64,000 nt of DNA from Patescibacteria group bacterium (lineage in GTDB: Bacteria; Patescibacteriota; Minisyncoccia; Phycocordibacterales; UBA918): NCBI GenBank assembly GCA_019750255.1, contig JAIEOU010000004.1, forward strand, positions 63,116 through 127,115, written 5' to 3'. Positions 9,600 through 20,598 of the stretch are shown piece by piece. Position 1 is the first letter of the stretch. The number at the start of each line of letters is the position of its first letter. Made by a program: the position numbers and the translations under genes. The notes under the pieces are model-generated. The model did not search any database, had not been told where the DNA came from, and was given only the letters and a program-made list of their open reading frames with translations.

Positions 9600-10631
9600 A
9601 TGAACGAAGATCAGCAAGACACAACACCAGATGCAGCACCAGCGACAGGGAGCGAGGTTCGCGCCGCCCGCTTTCCTGTCACTCTTCAACTTGGTCTCCT
9701 CGGTGTATTTTTGGTGACCCTCTTTACTATTGCTGGAGGGACAGCAACCCAGTTTATGCGGTCATTAAAAGACGAGAGTCTACCGAAGGCATCCGGACAG
9801 GCCTCACCAGCCGTTGCCTTGACCGATATTGAAAGCGGACCGTTTGAAGTACCAAACGACATCGCTCTTACCGCGGACAGTGTCTACGTCTGGGACGTAG
9901 TAGGGAAGCGGGTTTTATATGAAAAAAACGGAAGCGAGGTTCTCCCGCTCGCGTCTATTACAAAACTCATGACTGCGCTCATCGCCTATGAGCTCGTGGA
10001 CGGCAATACACGCGTAACTATCCCAGGCACCGCCGCAGCGCAAGAGAGTGCGTCTGGTCTTGCCAGTGGCGAAGTCTTTAATGTCAGGCGACTAGCGGAC
10101 CTGGCACTGATTGCTTCGGCCAACGATGCAGCCTACTCACTTGCAAGTGCTGTGGGTGCACTCCTTGGCGGAGATGAAGCGACCGCACAGTTTGTCGCCG
10201 CGATGAATATACGCGCAAAGGAGCTTGGACTGTCATCGCTCGACTTTAAAAACACGACCGGGCTTGACCTCACAATGACCGAAGCTGGCGCCTACGGCAC
10301 GGCACGTGACGTCACGTTTCTTATGGAGTACATTCTGACCGAGCACCCCGCTCTCCTTGAGAGCACCACCGAATCAGCCATGCGCGTATACAACGACTCT
10401 GGCGACTTTCATGATGTGGAAAACACTAACGTACTCATAGGACAGGTTCCTAATTTAATTGGCTCAAAGACCGGCTACACCGATCTTGCTGGCGGGAACC
10501 TGACCGTAGCCTTCGACACCGGTTTTAACCGACCAGTAATTATCACCGTTTTGTCTTCATCACAGCAAGGAAGATTTGCTGACGTAGCAGCGATTGTTGA
10601 TGCGGTACAAACAGGCAAAGGTGCTGAATAA
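9600..10631 (+). CDS. D-alanyl-D-alanine carboxypeptidase (S11 family, PBP5-like)
   Basis: SxxK (SITKLMTA), SxN (SAND), KTG (SKTGYT) motifs; N-terminal TM anchor. Confidence 0.8.
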   Translation: MNEDQQDTTPDAAPATGSEVRAARFPVTLQLGLLGVFLVTLFTIAGGTATQFMRSLKDESLPKASGQASPAVALTDIESGPFEVPNDIALTADSVYVWDVVGKRVLYEKNGSEVLPLASITKLMTALIAYELVDGNTRVTIPGTAAAQESASGLASGEVFNVRRLADLALIASANDAAYSLASAVGALLGGDEATAQFVAAMNIRAKELGLSSLDFKNTTGLDLTMTEAGAYGTARDVTFLMEYILTEHPALLESTTESAMRVYNDSGDFHDVENTNVLIGQVPNLIGSKTGYTDLAGGNLTVAFDTGFNRPVIITVLSSSQQGRFADVAAIVDAVQTGKGAE

Positions 10632-10634
10632 TTT

Positions 10635-11702
10635 TTGAGTATGGAAACCGCACTGATTAAGACACTGCTTCCCGCTCTCCTGGCCTTTGCCTTTGGCATC
10701 GCTATCACACCACTGATTACTCACCACCTGTACACTTGTCGCGTCTGGAAGAAGCAGGGAGGGAAGACAACGCTCTACGGGGACACAGCTGAAGAGTTTA
10801 ACCGCCTTAAAGGTGAGGGCGAGGTAAAGACGCCGCGCATGGGCGGCCTAGTGATTGTCGCTAGTGTGGTTATCACACTGGGCACCTTATTTGTCTTGTC
10901 GGCCCTAACGACCGGAGGATTTTTTAACGATGTCTATTTCCTCAGCCGTTCACAAACCTGGATTCCGTTATCCGTCTTTATGCTCGGGGCTTTGGTGGGT
11001 TTTTTAAATGATTTCTATGACGTCACCCATGGCGGAAAAGGTCTTCGCCTGTCAATTCGACTGGCTTTCATCGCAACCCTAGCCTCACTAATTGGCTGGT
11101 GGTTTTATGCGAAGCTTGGGGTCACCAGCATCCAGATCCCCCTTGATGGAACACTGGAACTTGGGATTTTTATCATTCCATTTTTTGTACTGCTGACGTT
11201 TGCACTCTACGCAAGCGGAGTGATTGATGGCATCGACGGTCTGTCAGGCGGCGTCTTTTCTTCAATCTTTACCGCCTACTCCGCCATCGCTTTTATTGGC
11301 GAGCAGTATGATCTTGCTGCGTTTTGCGCAATGATAGCGGGCGGCATTATTGCCTTCTTATGGTTCAACATTCCCCCGGCCCGCTTTTGGATGACGGAAA
11401 CAGGCTCGATGGCACTCACGCTCACTCTGGCGGTGGTCGTAGTGATGACTGATACTCTCGGGGAAGGGAATGGTATTTTTCTGCTCGGCATAATCGGTCT
11501 GCCTCTTATAGCGACCGTCCTTTCAAACATACTCCAGATTGGGTATCGTAAAATGACAGGAAAGAAGTTGTTCCGCATCGCGCCACTCCATCACCACTTT
11601 GAAGCCATTGGCTGGCCTTCGTACAAGGTCACTATGCGGTACTGGCTAATCAGCATGATGTGTGCGCTCCTTGGAGTCGCACTGGCTATAGTACTGCCAT
11701 AA
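10635..11702 (+). CDS. mraY: phospho-N-acetylmuramoyl-pentapeptide transferase
   Basis: MraY motifs TPRMGG and NGVIDGIDGLSGG; polytopic. Confidence 0.8.
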   Translation: MSMETALIKTLLPALLAFAFGIAITPLITHHLYTCRVWKKQGGKTTLYGDTAEEFNRLKGEGEVKTPRMGGLVIVASVVITLGTLFVLSALTTGGFFNDVYFLSRSQTWIPLSVFMLGALVGFLNDFYDVTHGGKGLRLSIRLAFIATLASLIGWWFYAKLGVTSIQIPLDGTLELGIFIIPFFVLLTFALYASGVIDGIDGLSGGVFSSIFTAYSAIAFIGEQYDLAAFCAMIAGGIIAFLWFNIPPARFWMTETGSMALTLTLAVVVVMTDTLGEGNGIFLLGIIGLPLIATVLSNILQIGYRKMTGKKLFRIAPLHHHFEAIGWPSYKVTMRYWLISMMCALLGVALAIVLP

Positions 11703-11704
11703 CT

Positions 11705-12832
11705 ATGTCCATCATTAAAACAGCAACGCCAAAATCTGCTGACTTTGTTCTGATTGCCCTCACGGCAATTCTCGTGCTCTCTGGCTTTCTCATCTTTGCC
11801 TCGGCCTCTCTCGGGCAATTAGCGCGCGGTGGCGCCAGCTACTCCGCCGTAGCAACGAGCCAACTCGTCTTTGGTATCATGGGCGGCAGCATTGCTCTGT
11901 TTATCATGAGCAACATCTACTACCGGAATTGGCGGCAGTATGCTTTTTATATATATTCTGCTGCGATTGTGCTTACCTTGGCAGTATTTATTCCTGGCAT
12001 TGGCATGAGTCACGGTGGCGCTACGCGCTGGCTTGACCTTGGCATAACCACTTTTCAACCCGCGGAATTACTTAAGATTGGATACATCATTTATGTCGCA
12101 ACGTGGCTTTCTGGCACCCATCGACACATAGATTCTTGGCGTTATGGTGTGCTTCCGTTTGTTGGTATTTCTGCTATTGCAGGGGTGGTGCTGCTTCTTC
12201 AACCAGACACCGACACCTTCCTCATCATGGCTGCGGCGGGAGCAGCGATGTTTGTAGTCTCAGGTGGACGCTGGCGAGATATTGCCATCTTAGCCGGGGC
12301 GGCTGTACTGCTCCTTGTCATCGTCGCTTTTATGCGTCCGTACGTGATGGACCGTATCACTACCTTCATGGACAGCGACAAAGATCCACTAGGAAGTGGC
12401 TACCAAATCCAACAGTCTCTTATAGCGGTTGGGTCAGGTGGACTGTGGGGAAGGGGGTACGGCCAAAGTATCCAAAAATTTGAATATTTACCGGAACCAA
12501 TTGGAGACTCCATCTTTGCCGTATTTGCTGAGGAGTTTGGATTTCTGGGGTCAACGATTCTCGTGCTGCTTATCACCGGATTTGTTTTCAGGGGACTCAA
12601 AATAGCAACCCAGGCAGCTGACTTATTTGGGACACTCATTATCGTCGGCCTCATGACCGCCATAGCCTTGCAGGCATTCTTAAACATCGGGGCAATGATA
12701 GGACTTGCTCCCGTCTCTGGTTTACCACTGCCCTTTATTAGTCATGGCGGAACAGCTCTCTTCACCTTACTAGCCGCCCTCGGTATCGTCCTTAATGTGT
12801 CAAAATACCGGCTCCAAAAGGTTAGTGCGTGA
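11705..12832 (+). CDS. ftsW: SEDS-family peptidoglycan glycosyltransferase FtsW/RodA
   Basis: polytopic, SEDS conserved C-terminal region (PLPFISHGG-like PFISHGGT); position between mraY and murG; start at ATG 11705. Confidence 0.8.
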   Translation: MSIIKTATPKSADFVLIALTAILVLSGFLIFASASLGQLARGGASYSAVATSQLVFGIMGGSIALFIMSNIYYRNWRQYAFYIYSAAIVLTLAVFIPGIGMSHGGATRWLDLGITTFQPAELLKIGYIIYVATWLSGTHRHIDSWRYGVLPFVGISAIAGVVLLLQPDTDTFLIMAAAGAAMFVVSGGRWRDIAILAGAAVLLLVIVAFMRPYVMDRITTFMDSDKDPLGSGYQIQQSLIAVGSGGLWGRGYGQSIQKFEYLPEPIGDSIFAVFAEEFGFLGSTILVLLITGFVFRGLKIATQAADLFGTLIIVGLMTAIALQAFLNIGAMIGLAPVSGLPLPFISHGGTALFTLLAALGIVLNVSKYRLQKVSA

Positions 12833-12846
12833 TAGACTCATAAGGC

Positions 12847-13965
12847 ATGCGCATCATGTTCGTCGGGGGAGGTACAGGAGGACACTTTTACCCGCTCTTA
12901 GCGGTTGCGGAGGCTCTGCGCGCCCGAACCGACGGACGGGTTCGGGAGCTCTACTACATTGGTCCAACTCCTTATGAACCAGACGAACTTGCAAGACTCG
13001 ATATTCGCTTTGTTTCTTGCCCGGCAGGAAAACAGCGTCGTTACTTTTCTTTCCAAAATTTTATTGACCCATTCAAAGTAGTGTTTGGTTTTTTTGTAGC
13101 GCTTGTAAAGCTCTACGTTATTTATCCAGACGTAATTTTTAGCAAGGGTAGCTTTACCAGCGTACCGGTCCTCTACGCAGCGCGCATACTCCGCATTCCG
13201 GTGGTAATCCACGAATCAGATGCCATTGCGGGCCGAGCTAATCTGTTGGCAAAAAAATTTGCGCGACACATAGCTATCGCCTATCCCGAAGCAGCTCAAT
13301 ATTTCCCTAAGGATAAAACAGCTCTGGTTGGCATACCAATACGGGCCGCATTACGCACGCCACCAGTAGACGCTCATGCATATTTAGGCATTCCACAGGA
13401 CCTACCACTGCTAGTGGTGACTGGCGGATCACTTGGTGCTGAGTACATCAATAACTTACTGCTGCGCTCACTACCCACTCTACTCCAGGAATACCGTATA
13501 TTCCACCTGGCCGGAACATCGCACTTTGATGAGATTAAGCTTACCGCCAAAACACTCGTAACTGACACGACCCTGCGCAGTCGTTATTACCTACAACCGA
13601 GCGTACCCGCTCCCGTTATGGCCGCACTCCTGTCGGCTGCCACTTTGGTCATCAGTCGTTCGGGGAGCTCTTCAATTCACGAATTAGCCTTCTATGGAAA
13701 ACCCGCCATCTTAATTCCTATTCCCGAAAGCGTGAGCCGCGATCAACGCACCAATGCCTTCGCGTACGCACGCTCTGGAGCAGCGTCGGTACTCGAACAA
13801 GATAACCTGACTGAGCATTTGCTTACCGCTGAAATTAAGACTATTATTGGTGACCCTACGCGCTACGAGTCCATGGCAAAGGCGGCCAAGGGCTTTGCCC
13901 TTCCGGGCGCAGCCGAGCAGGTGGCCAATCTCGTAACGTCTATTGGTGTTGAACATGGCTCCTAA
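12847..13965 (+). CDS. murG: undecaprenyldiphospho-muramoylpentapeptide beta-N-acetylglucosaminyltransferase
   Basis: GGTGGHFYPLLAVAEAL N-terminal G-loop; GT28 architecture. Confidence 0.85.
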   Translation: MRIMFVGGGTGGHFYPLLAVAEALRARTDGRVRELYYIGPTPYEPDELARLDIRFVSCPAGKQRRYFSFQNFIDPFKVVFGFFVALVKLYVIYPDVIFSKGSFTSVPVLYAARILRIPVVIHESDAIAGRANLLAKKFARHIAIAYPEAAQYFPKDKTALVGIPIRAALRTPPVDAHAYLGIPQDLPLLVVTGGSLGAEYINNLLLRSLPTLLQEYRIFHLAGTSHFDEIKLTAKTLVTDTTLRSRYYLQPSVPAPVMAALLSAATLVISRSGSSSIHELAFYGKPAILIPIPESVSRDQRTNAFAYARSGAASVLEQDNLTEHLLTAEIKTIIGDPTRYESMAKAAKGFALPGAAEQVANLVTSIGVEHGS

Positions 13966-15445
13966 TTCTACAGATACCTCACTTCGCCCCGTCGTGACGC
14001 GCTTTGCGCCATCACCCACCGGCTTCATGCATATTGGCGGTGTACGCACCGCACTTTTTGCCTACCTGTATGCCAAGCGCCACAGGGGAACCTTTATTCT
14101 ACGTATCGAAGACACTGACAAGGAACGTGAAGTCCCTGGGTCAATCGCCCACATTCAAGAGTCCCTGGCCTGGCTCGGCATCACTCCTGATTTTGGCCCA
14201 GACACTCCCGGGCCGTGGGGAAGTAACATCCAGTCAGAGCGTCTCTCAATCTATAAGCGCTACGCCGAGGAACTGATTGCCAAGGGTTTGGCGTACCCTG
14301 ACCCTTATACTGCAGCCGAGGTTGAGGCATTTCGGGCACAAGCCACAGCAGAGAAGCGGCCGTTTTTAATCCGAAACCACCGGCCCGCAACTTTTGAAGT
14401 CTGGGATGGGACCAAGCCCCTACGGCTTAAGGTACCCGAGGTAAAGCGCTACACCTGGCACGATGTGGTACGCGGCGAGCTTACGGCTGGGGAAGAGGCA
14501 CTTGATGACGTTGTGCTCATAAAGGCCGACGGCTATCCGACGTACAATTTCGCGCACATTGTGGACGACCATGAAATGGGCGTGACACACATTATGCGAG
14601 CGGACGAATTCATTTCGAGCCTGCCTAAGTTTCTTTCTATTTACGACGCCCTCGGGCTTCCGTATCCAGAGTTCGTAACGATGCCCCCCATCCTTCGTGA
14701 TGACCGCAGTAAAAAGCTCGGCAAGCGTGATGGAGCTAAAGACATCCTCGATTACCGTACTGAGGGGTATTTGCCTGAAGCCATGATGAACTTTCTGGCA
14801 CTGACCGGCTGGAACCCAGGCACCGAGCAAGAACTATTTACCCACGATGAACTTGTGGCAGCGTTTGATGCCACCAAGATCCAGCGCGCTGGGGCAGTGG
14901 TAAATGAGGACAAGCTTCTGTGGATGAACAAGTACCATCTTGGCAAGAAGGATGAGGCATTCAAACATGAGTACGTAAAGAACGCGCTTCCTGAAGCGCT
15001 CCGTAGCCTACCTACCTGCACCGAAGAAATCCTCACAGCACTCACTCCAGTAGTGCTAGAACGTATCCATACCAAGGTAGAGATTTCCGACGCCGCAAGG
15101 GAAGGGGAGTACGATTTTGCCTTTATTACTCCAGAGTACGACACTGCGTTACTACAGTGGAAGAAAGACCCGAGCGTGTTAGAAGCACTTCCGCGCCTCA
15201 AGCGCGTTTTCGAGATACTCAGTGCGGCGAATGTAGATTTCAGTAATGCCGAAGCGCTCAAAGAGTTGCTTATGCCCTACGCAGAAGAAGTAGGGAAGGG
15301 GGAGGTACTCTGGCCCCTACGGGTCGCTCTTTCAGGTCGTGCTCAGTCGCCTGATCCCTTTACAATTATGACTATCATTGGTGGGGGAGAAACCTTGAAA
15401 CGCCTCAGTAATGCCTGTGGTAAAATACAGGGTGATGCATCGTAG
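13943..15445 (+). CDS. gltX: glutamyl-tRNA synthetase
   Basis: PSPTGFMHIGG (HIGH region), KLGKRDG (KMSKS-like); 500 aa; overlaps murG 3-prime end. Confidence 0.85.
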   Translation: MVLNMAPNSTDTSLRPVVTRFAPSPTGFMHIGGVRTALFAYLYAKRHRGTFILRIEDTDKEREVPGSIAHIQESLAWLGITPDFGPDTPGPWGSNIQSERLSIYKRYAEELIAKGLAYPDPYTAAEVEAFRAQATAEKRPFLIRNHRPATFEVWDGTKPLRLKVPEVKRYTWHDVVRGELTAGEEALDDVVLIKADGYPTYNFAHIVDDHEMGVTHIMRADEFISSLPKFLSIYDALGLPYPEFVTMPPILRDDRSKKLGKRDGAKDILDYRTEGYLPEAMMNFLALTGWNPGTEQELFTHDELVAAFDATKIQRAGAVVNEDKLLWMNKYHLGKKDEAFKHEYVKNALPEALRSLPTCTEEILTALTPVVLERIHTKVEISDAAREGEYDFAFITPEYDTALLQWKKDPSVLEALPRLKRVFEILSAANVDFSNAEALKELLMPYAEEVGKGEVLWPLRVALSGRAQSPDPFTIMTIIGGGETLKRLSNACGKIQGDAS

Positions 15446-16748
15446 TAGCCTCGTCGCTTTTTTCATCGGTCTCTGCATTCTTCCTATCATCGGGACCATT
15501 TTTACTGTCACCCCCACCTTTGCACAATCTGAAATTGATAGATTACAAAATCAGATTCAAAACAGCAGTACTCGCCTCATTGAGATTGAAAGAGATATTG
15601 CAAAATTTACCTCGGACCTGCAAGTCGTCGGTGCTGAAAAGAAAACTCTACAATCAGCTATTAATCAACTAGAGCTCGAGCGCAAGAAAGTGACAGCGGA
15701 AATTAATCGTACTGAAAATCTTATTAGCTCAACAGACCTCGAGATTAATAAGCTTATCCTCGAAATTGAGAGGACCAAAAAGGATATCGAGAAAATCACT
15801 GAGGCGATCAGCGAGACTATTCGTTCACAATATCAAGCTGGCGACAATTCGCTGGTAGAGCTGTTATTACACACCTCTAAGCTGTCTGATTTTTGGAGCG
15901 CCCTTGAAGCGCACGAATTGATTGCTAGCAGCATGTCTACGAAAGTAGGGGAGCTAGATAACTTCAAAACTTTACTTGATGAGCAACGAGAAAAAAGTAC
16001 TGAGAAGCGGGGAAGTCTGGTGTCGCTCAAGGACCAGTATACTGACCAAACATTTGCGCTCGTGAGCAATAAGGCTGAGCAAGCAAAGCTTCTCGAGGTA
16101 ACAAAAAATGAAGAGGTTGGTTATCAAAAACTACTAGCTGAGCGACGCGCCGCCCGTGAGCAAATCGTGAAGGAACTGCGCGACTTTGAAGCTAAGCTAC
16201 AATTTATTCTTGACCCAAACACCATTCCGACTGCTGGCTCGCAGGTGTTCGATTGGCCACTGAAGAATATCATCATTACCCAGTACTTTGGTGGGTCAGA
16301 ATTTGCAAGGCGGAATCCCGGCATTTATGGCGGCCGAGCTTATCACCCGGGAGTAGACTTTGGCGCTCCTCGCGGCACCCCTATTCACGCACCCCTCACC
16401 GGTACCGTACGTGCTACCGGCAACACTGACCTCGTACCAGGCTGTTATTCATGGGGGAAGTGGACGCTGGTTGACCACCCAAATGGGCTCTCAACCCTCT
16501 ACGCCCACCAGGACGTCATTAGTGTTACTGCCGGCCAGCAGGTAACCACTGGTGAAATTATCGGCTATACCGGAAATACTGGCTTTTCAACCGGACCACA
16601 CCTGCACTTTACGGTCTACGCCAAGGGCGGTGTAAACGTACGTCAGTTTAATGAGATTAAAACCGTAACGGCGTGTGGACCGGCCACAACACCCGTAGCC
16701 GCAACCGAAGCCTACCTCGACCCGATGCTCTACCTGCCAGCGATATAG
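15411..16748 (+). CDS. M23 family metallopeptidase with N-terminal coiled coil (EnvC-like)
   Basis: HPGVDFGAPRGTPIHAP, LYAHQ, GPHLHF M23 motifs; long coiled-coil N-terminus; start may be the internal ATG near 15435. Confidence 0.8.
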   Translation: MPVVKYRVMHRSSLVAFFIGLCILPIIGTIFTVTPTFAQSEIDRLQNQIQNSSTRLIEIERDIAKFTSDLQVVGAEKKTLQSAINQLELERKKVTAEINRTENLISSTDLEINKLILEIERTKKDIEKITEAISETIRSQYQAGDNSLVELLLHTSKLSDFWSALEAHELIASSMSTKVGELDNFKTLLDEQREKSTEKRGSLVSLKDQYTDQTFALVSNKAEQAKLLEVTKNEEVGYQKLLAERRAAREQIVKELRDFEAKLQFILDPNTIPTAGSQVFDWPLKNIIITQYFGGSEFARRNPGIYGGRAYHPGVDFGAPRGTPIHAPLTGTVRATGNTDLVPGCYSWGKWTLVDHPNGLSTLYAHQDVISVTAGQQVTTGEIIGYTGNTGFSTGPHLHFTVYAKGGVNVRQFNEIKTVTACGPATTPVAATEAYLDPMLYLPAI

Positions 16749-16783
16749 CAAGCAAAGCAACTGCGCTCTCCATAACCAATTTC

Positions 16784-16826
16784 CGCCCGGCGAACACATG
16801 TGTGTTCGCCGGGCGGATGTTTTTTA
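16784..16826 (+). terminator. Rho-independent terminator
   Basis: ccgcccggcgaacaca tg tgtgttcgccgggcgg followed by T8. Confidence 0.7.
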
Positions 16827-16880
16827 GCACCGAGACTGCAGGCGAGCAGAAGTGACTATGAGCATCACCTAAGATTCGCC

Positions 16881-17411
16881 TTATACAGCACAGTGATCGC
16901 TGAGCAGTTCCTCGAGCTCTTCCTTCGTCGACACGGTGATCACCTCAACCCATTCAGCGTTTTGTCCGCCAATGTGACGAGAAAACCAAACAGTGACGGC
17001 TTCTCTGTCTGTAAGAGAGCCGAAGTGGTACCCGCCGTCGCCTGGCACCTGCAGATATCCGCCCCGGCGAAACGAAAAGCGATACGGGAAGTCACGCTTG
17101 GCCAGCAAACCGTTTATGTGCGACAGAACATTCGCGTGAGCAATTTCTGCAACAGCCTGACGCAGCAACTCCGTCTGTTTGCCGATCAGCGTCAAAGCGA
17201 TAGGGTGACCGGTTTTCTGTAATGCTAGATTCGCAATGGTCACCAGCAGCAGATGAACGTGTGCCTCGGTTTCGGGTTTGATGTACTCGCTCACATCCTC
17301 ACTTACGCGACCGACATTATCAGAGCACATAAACACAGGCACCAGAGCCGCCGAGTCACTCATGACCATTCCTCCTTGGGTGAACGGGATGTCCATTAAA
17401 GATTTTATCAC
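16881..17411 (-). CDS. hypothetical protein
   Basis: 176-aa ORF, no motif recognised. Confidence 0.4.
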   Translation of the reverse strand: MIKSLMDIPFTQGGMVMSDSAALVPVFMCSDNVGRVSEDVSEYIKPETEAHVHLLLVTIANLALQKTGHPIALTLIGKQTELLRQAVAEIAHANVLSHINGLLAKRDFPYRFSFRRGGYLQVPGDGGYHFGSLTDREAVTVWFSRHIGGQNAEWVEVITVSTKEELEELLSDHCAV

Positions 17412-17614
17412 CTACGACGCACTTAACAAACTTGCGTCTACCTGTAATGTAAGAAAATTTTACAGATAGGGAAGGCCGAGGTGTTCATGGAGACAGAAGA
17501 AAACCGCCTCAGAAAAAAGCGGACTGGCAGGGAAGCCAGGACGGTTTTCTCAAGGCGGAAAGTTTGGTATCGACGAGCGAAGCTGGTGTGGCCACAGCTG
17601 CCGTACTGGGCCGC

Positions 17615-18076
17615 TTACAGCGGCATAATGAACACCGGCTCAAGCACAATAAGATCTCGCTCATTCAGCCCAAATTCGCGGCGAGAAAGCCAGACGGTAT
17701 ACGTGCCGGAAATTGGCTCAAGCCGCGCTGTACCGTGATAATCTACTCCCTCACGGGCTGAAAGACGCAGCGGACAGGTAACTGGCAATAGCCGGTTAAA
17801 CGGAAGCCGTCCAACATCATCAACCAACAACTCAACAAGGCTCATAATCCGGGAAAGGCGAGCTTGACTAGCCGAGCACTCAGCAGATCGTACAGTGACA
17901 CCTACCGCACGGCAGCCACCACGTGGTACGGACGCGAACCGCATAAGCTGAACTAGTAACGACAGCTCGAAACCATAGTCGTCCGGGAACGAATTCGATA
18001 GCAGCTTGGCCAGCTGACTAAATGACAAACGCCGCAGATCAGACTCCGGAAGAATAATCATCTGAAAACTCCTCAT
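17615..18076 (-). CDS. hypothetical protein
   Basis: 153-aa ORF; weak support. Confidence 0.3.
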   Translation of the reverse strand: MRSFQMIILPESDLRRLSFSQLAKLLSNSFPDDYGFELSLLVQLMRFASVPRGGCRAVGVTVRSAECSASQARLSRIMSLVELLVDDVGRLPFNRLLPVTCPLRLSAREGVDYHGTARLEPISGTYTVWLSRREFGLNERDLIVLEPVFIMPL

Positions 18077-18269
18077 GACTGATGGTTCACAACGAACTTC
18101 AACTCATAGACTACTTAACACGCTGCTTAGATGCAACTGGAAGAGGACACACTGGGGACAACATAATTGAAAGCAGCCTTATTCTTGATATAATACTGAG
18201 TATTAGAGTTATTATACTCAGTTCTTAATTACCTGTTTCCAACTACCCCACGAGGCCCTTACAGCCACC

Positions 18270-19211
18270 ATGAACCACTTACCTCTCATCGACGACTTCT
18301 TGCTACACATCCAAGCGAATAATTATTCGCACGAGACGCTGTACAACTATGAGCGCGACCTCGATACCTTTGCACATTTCTTGCAGACTGAATTGCGCGG
18401 ACTGACCTTCGATAAAATTACTAAAAAAACTATCGAACAGTACAAGGCGTACCTCAACTCCCCCACCCGCAAAACGTCGGCCGGTAGTGAATCATTTGTA
18501 AAATTAAAAAGTGGCTCAATCAATCGGCATCTCACCTCACTACGGCGCTACCTGAACTTTCTGCTCGACATGGATGAGAAGGTTCCGGTGGCCCCCACTG
18601 CCATCAAGCTCCTACGTATGGGCAAGCCGAGTAGTCAGGTCCTTGAGCTTAATGAACTCATTAAACTTATCGAGTCCCCCACCACGCTGGAGCCTGAGCA
18701 CTTTGTCGCTATGCGTAACCGCGCTCTTCTCGAGACTCTCTTTGCTACCGGTATGCGTATATCAGAGCTCATCAGCCTACGTATCAATCAGCTCGACCAT
18801 ACCGGCAAGATCTACATTCAAGGTAAGGGCAAAAAGCAACGCTTCATATATTTAACTGAACGTGCCGAAGGTCACATCCGTGCGTATTTAAAGCTACGTG
18901 ATGATTCGTGTCCTTTTATCTTTATTGCGCAGCGTGGACTCAATGCCAAAAATACCAAAAAGCACATATCTGCAAATTATCTTCAAATGAAAATTAAACG
19001 CTACCGCGAACTGCTTGGCATTAGCATTCCAACCAGTGCCCACAGCTTACGTCACGGCTTTGCTACCTACTTGGCCGAACAAGGCGCCAATCCCGCCGCC
19101 ATTCAAGTGCTTCTCGGTCACGAATCGCTCGAGACCACGACCCGCTACGTGCACGCAAGTGACCGCTACGCTGAAACCACCCACAAGCAATTCCACCCAC
19201 TTAAGAAGTAG
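18270..19211 (+). CDS. tyrosine recombinase XerC/XerD family
   Basis: C-terminal catalytic region HSLRHGFATYLAEQG ... LGHESLETTTRYVH with active-site Tyr. Confidence 0.85.
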   Translation: MNHLPLIDDFLLHIQANNYSHETLYNYERDLDTFAHFLQTELRGLTFDKITKKTIEQYKAYLNSPTRKTSAGSESFVKLKSGSINRHLTSLRRYLNFLLDMDEKVPVAPTAIKLLRMGKPSSQVLELNELIKLIESPTTLEPEHFVAMRNRALLETLFATGMRISELISLRINQLDHTGKIYIQGKGKKQRFIYLTERAEGHIRAYLKLRDDSCPFIFIAQRGLNAKNTKKHISANYLQMKIKRYRELLGISIPTSAHSLRHGFATYLAEQGANPAAIQVLLGHESLETTTRYVHASDRYAETTHKQFHPLKK

Positions 19212-19214
19212 TGG

Positions 19215-20015
19215 TTACTCCTCAGAAACAAAGACTCCACCCAAGAGTTGGGCAATCACACGATCATAGTCTGGGCGATGTTCAGTTAGGTGAATTACTC
19301 GCTTACCGGCAGCAGGCTCCCCCACTTCCAGTTCAGGATGAGCCACGAGGTACGCTGAAAGCTTTCGCGGAATCACTTCGTCTTGAGAAATAAACACAAG
19401 TCTGCCGGCAAAGTGGTTACGTAGTTTTTCTTTTAACTCGGTATAGTGGGTACACCCAAGCACTACCGTCTTGAGGGCCGGATTACGTTCAAGCGCACCA
19501 GTAATAATCTGAGTCGCGAGACCAGCTGCCTCATCCACCTTCCCTACTTCAATGAGCGGCACGAGGCCTGGAGTAGCGATGCTGTGAAGAATGAGTGGAC
19601 TCCCCCGCTTCTCGAGCTCGCGGTCATACTTTTTCGATTCAACCGTTCGAGCAGTGGCCAGAAGAAGCGCTTCGCGTATGTTTCGATCAACCAATTCTTC
19701 AATGGTCGGAATGATCACTCCTAGAATTCGCCGATCTGGATAACGAGCGGGTACATATTCATCTTGCAATTTCCGCAGCGTTTCAGCCGAAGCGGTATTA
19801 CAGGCAATAATAATAAGCGAGCACCCGTGGTCAAATAGATAATCCATTGCTACTACCGAAAAAGCATAAATCTCGGCTTCGGTCTTATCACCATAGGGCA
19901 AATTAGCCGTATCACCGTAATAGAAAAAATCATGCGCTGGCAGCTCCTTGGCAACCGCCCGCAGGATCGTAAGTCCACCCAGTCCAGAATCAAATAAACC
20001 AATTTTCATAAGCAT
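19215..20015 (-). CDS. murI: glutamate racemase
   Basis: LFDSGLGGLTIL and IIACNTASA motifs. Confidence 0.85.
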   Translation of the reverse strand: MLMKIGLFDSGLGGLTILRAVAKELPAHDFFYYGDTANLPYGDKTEAEIYAFSVVAMDYLFDHGCSLIIIACNTASAETLRKLQDEYVPARYPDRRILGVIIPTIEELVDRNIREALLLATARTVESKKYDRELEKRGSPLILHSIATPGLVPLIEVGKVDEAAGLATQIITGALERNPALKTVVLGCTHYTELKEKLRNHFAGRLVFISQDEVIPRKLSAYLVAHPELEVGEPAAGKRVIHLTEHRPDYDRVIAQLLGGVFVSEE

Positions 20016-20507
20016 TTATTTCTCCACACCACCAATTTGTACTATTCGCTCGTATTCCCTTTCGCTCACCCGGGTAATCGAAAGACGATTCCCTCTTTCT
20101 AAAATACGCATACCGTTTAGTACTGGATCACCACGCAGTTCAGCGAGGCTAACCAACCGCGAAAAGGTCCGCACATACTCCACTTTCACCGCCACCCAAC
20201 GTGGAGCCGCTTTCGTGCTGCCTGTATCGAAATATTCACTACTTGAGTCAAACTGCAGCGGATCGGGAAATGCCCCGCCGACCACTTCCATTTCCCCCAC
20301 CACTCCAACGTCCTTAGTACTGCTGTGATAAAAAAGCGCCCGGTCCCCCACCCTAACTTCATCACGCAAAAGATTCCGTACCTGATAATTACGAACACCA
20401 TCCCATGTGGCAATTTTTTTCTGTTTTAGGTGGTCAATACCGAAAACCTCAGGTTCGCTTTTAAAAAGCCAATACCCCCGCTTTACTGTTTTTTCTCCCA
20501 TAATCAC
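20016..20507 (-). CDS. EVE (PUA-like) domain protein
   Basis: YWLFKSEPEVFGIDHL...WDGVRNYQVRNLLRDEVRVGDRALFYHS typical of EVE/thymocyte nuclear protein 1 family. Confidence 0.65.
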   Translation of the reverse strand: MIMGEKTVKRGYWLFKSEPEVFGIDHLKQKKIATWDGVRNYQVRNLLRDEVRVGDRALFYHSSTKDVGVVGEMEVVGGAFPDPLQFDSSSEYFDTGSTKAAPRWVAVKVEYVRTFSRLVSLAELRGDPVLNGMRILERGNRLSITRVSEREYERIVQIGGVEK

Positions 20508-20598
20508 AGAGTATACTAGATGGGTGGGCGGTTTGGGACTTCCCTCCCCTCACCTTATCTTTCACTCTCATTTTATGTTACAGGAATCACACCGTACA

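Noticed and set aside
17223-18270. Possible pseudogene or ncRNA in the poorly coding region upstream of xerC
   Set aside because: Only weak ORFs (17481-17738 plus, 17615-18076 minus) with no motifs. Insufficient evidence to call either. An inverted repeat ACTGAGTAT/ATACTCAGT near 18196-18222 is probably a promoter/operator.
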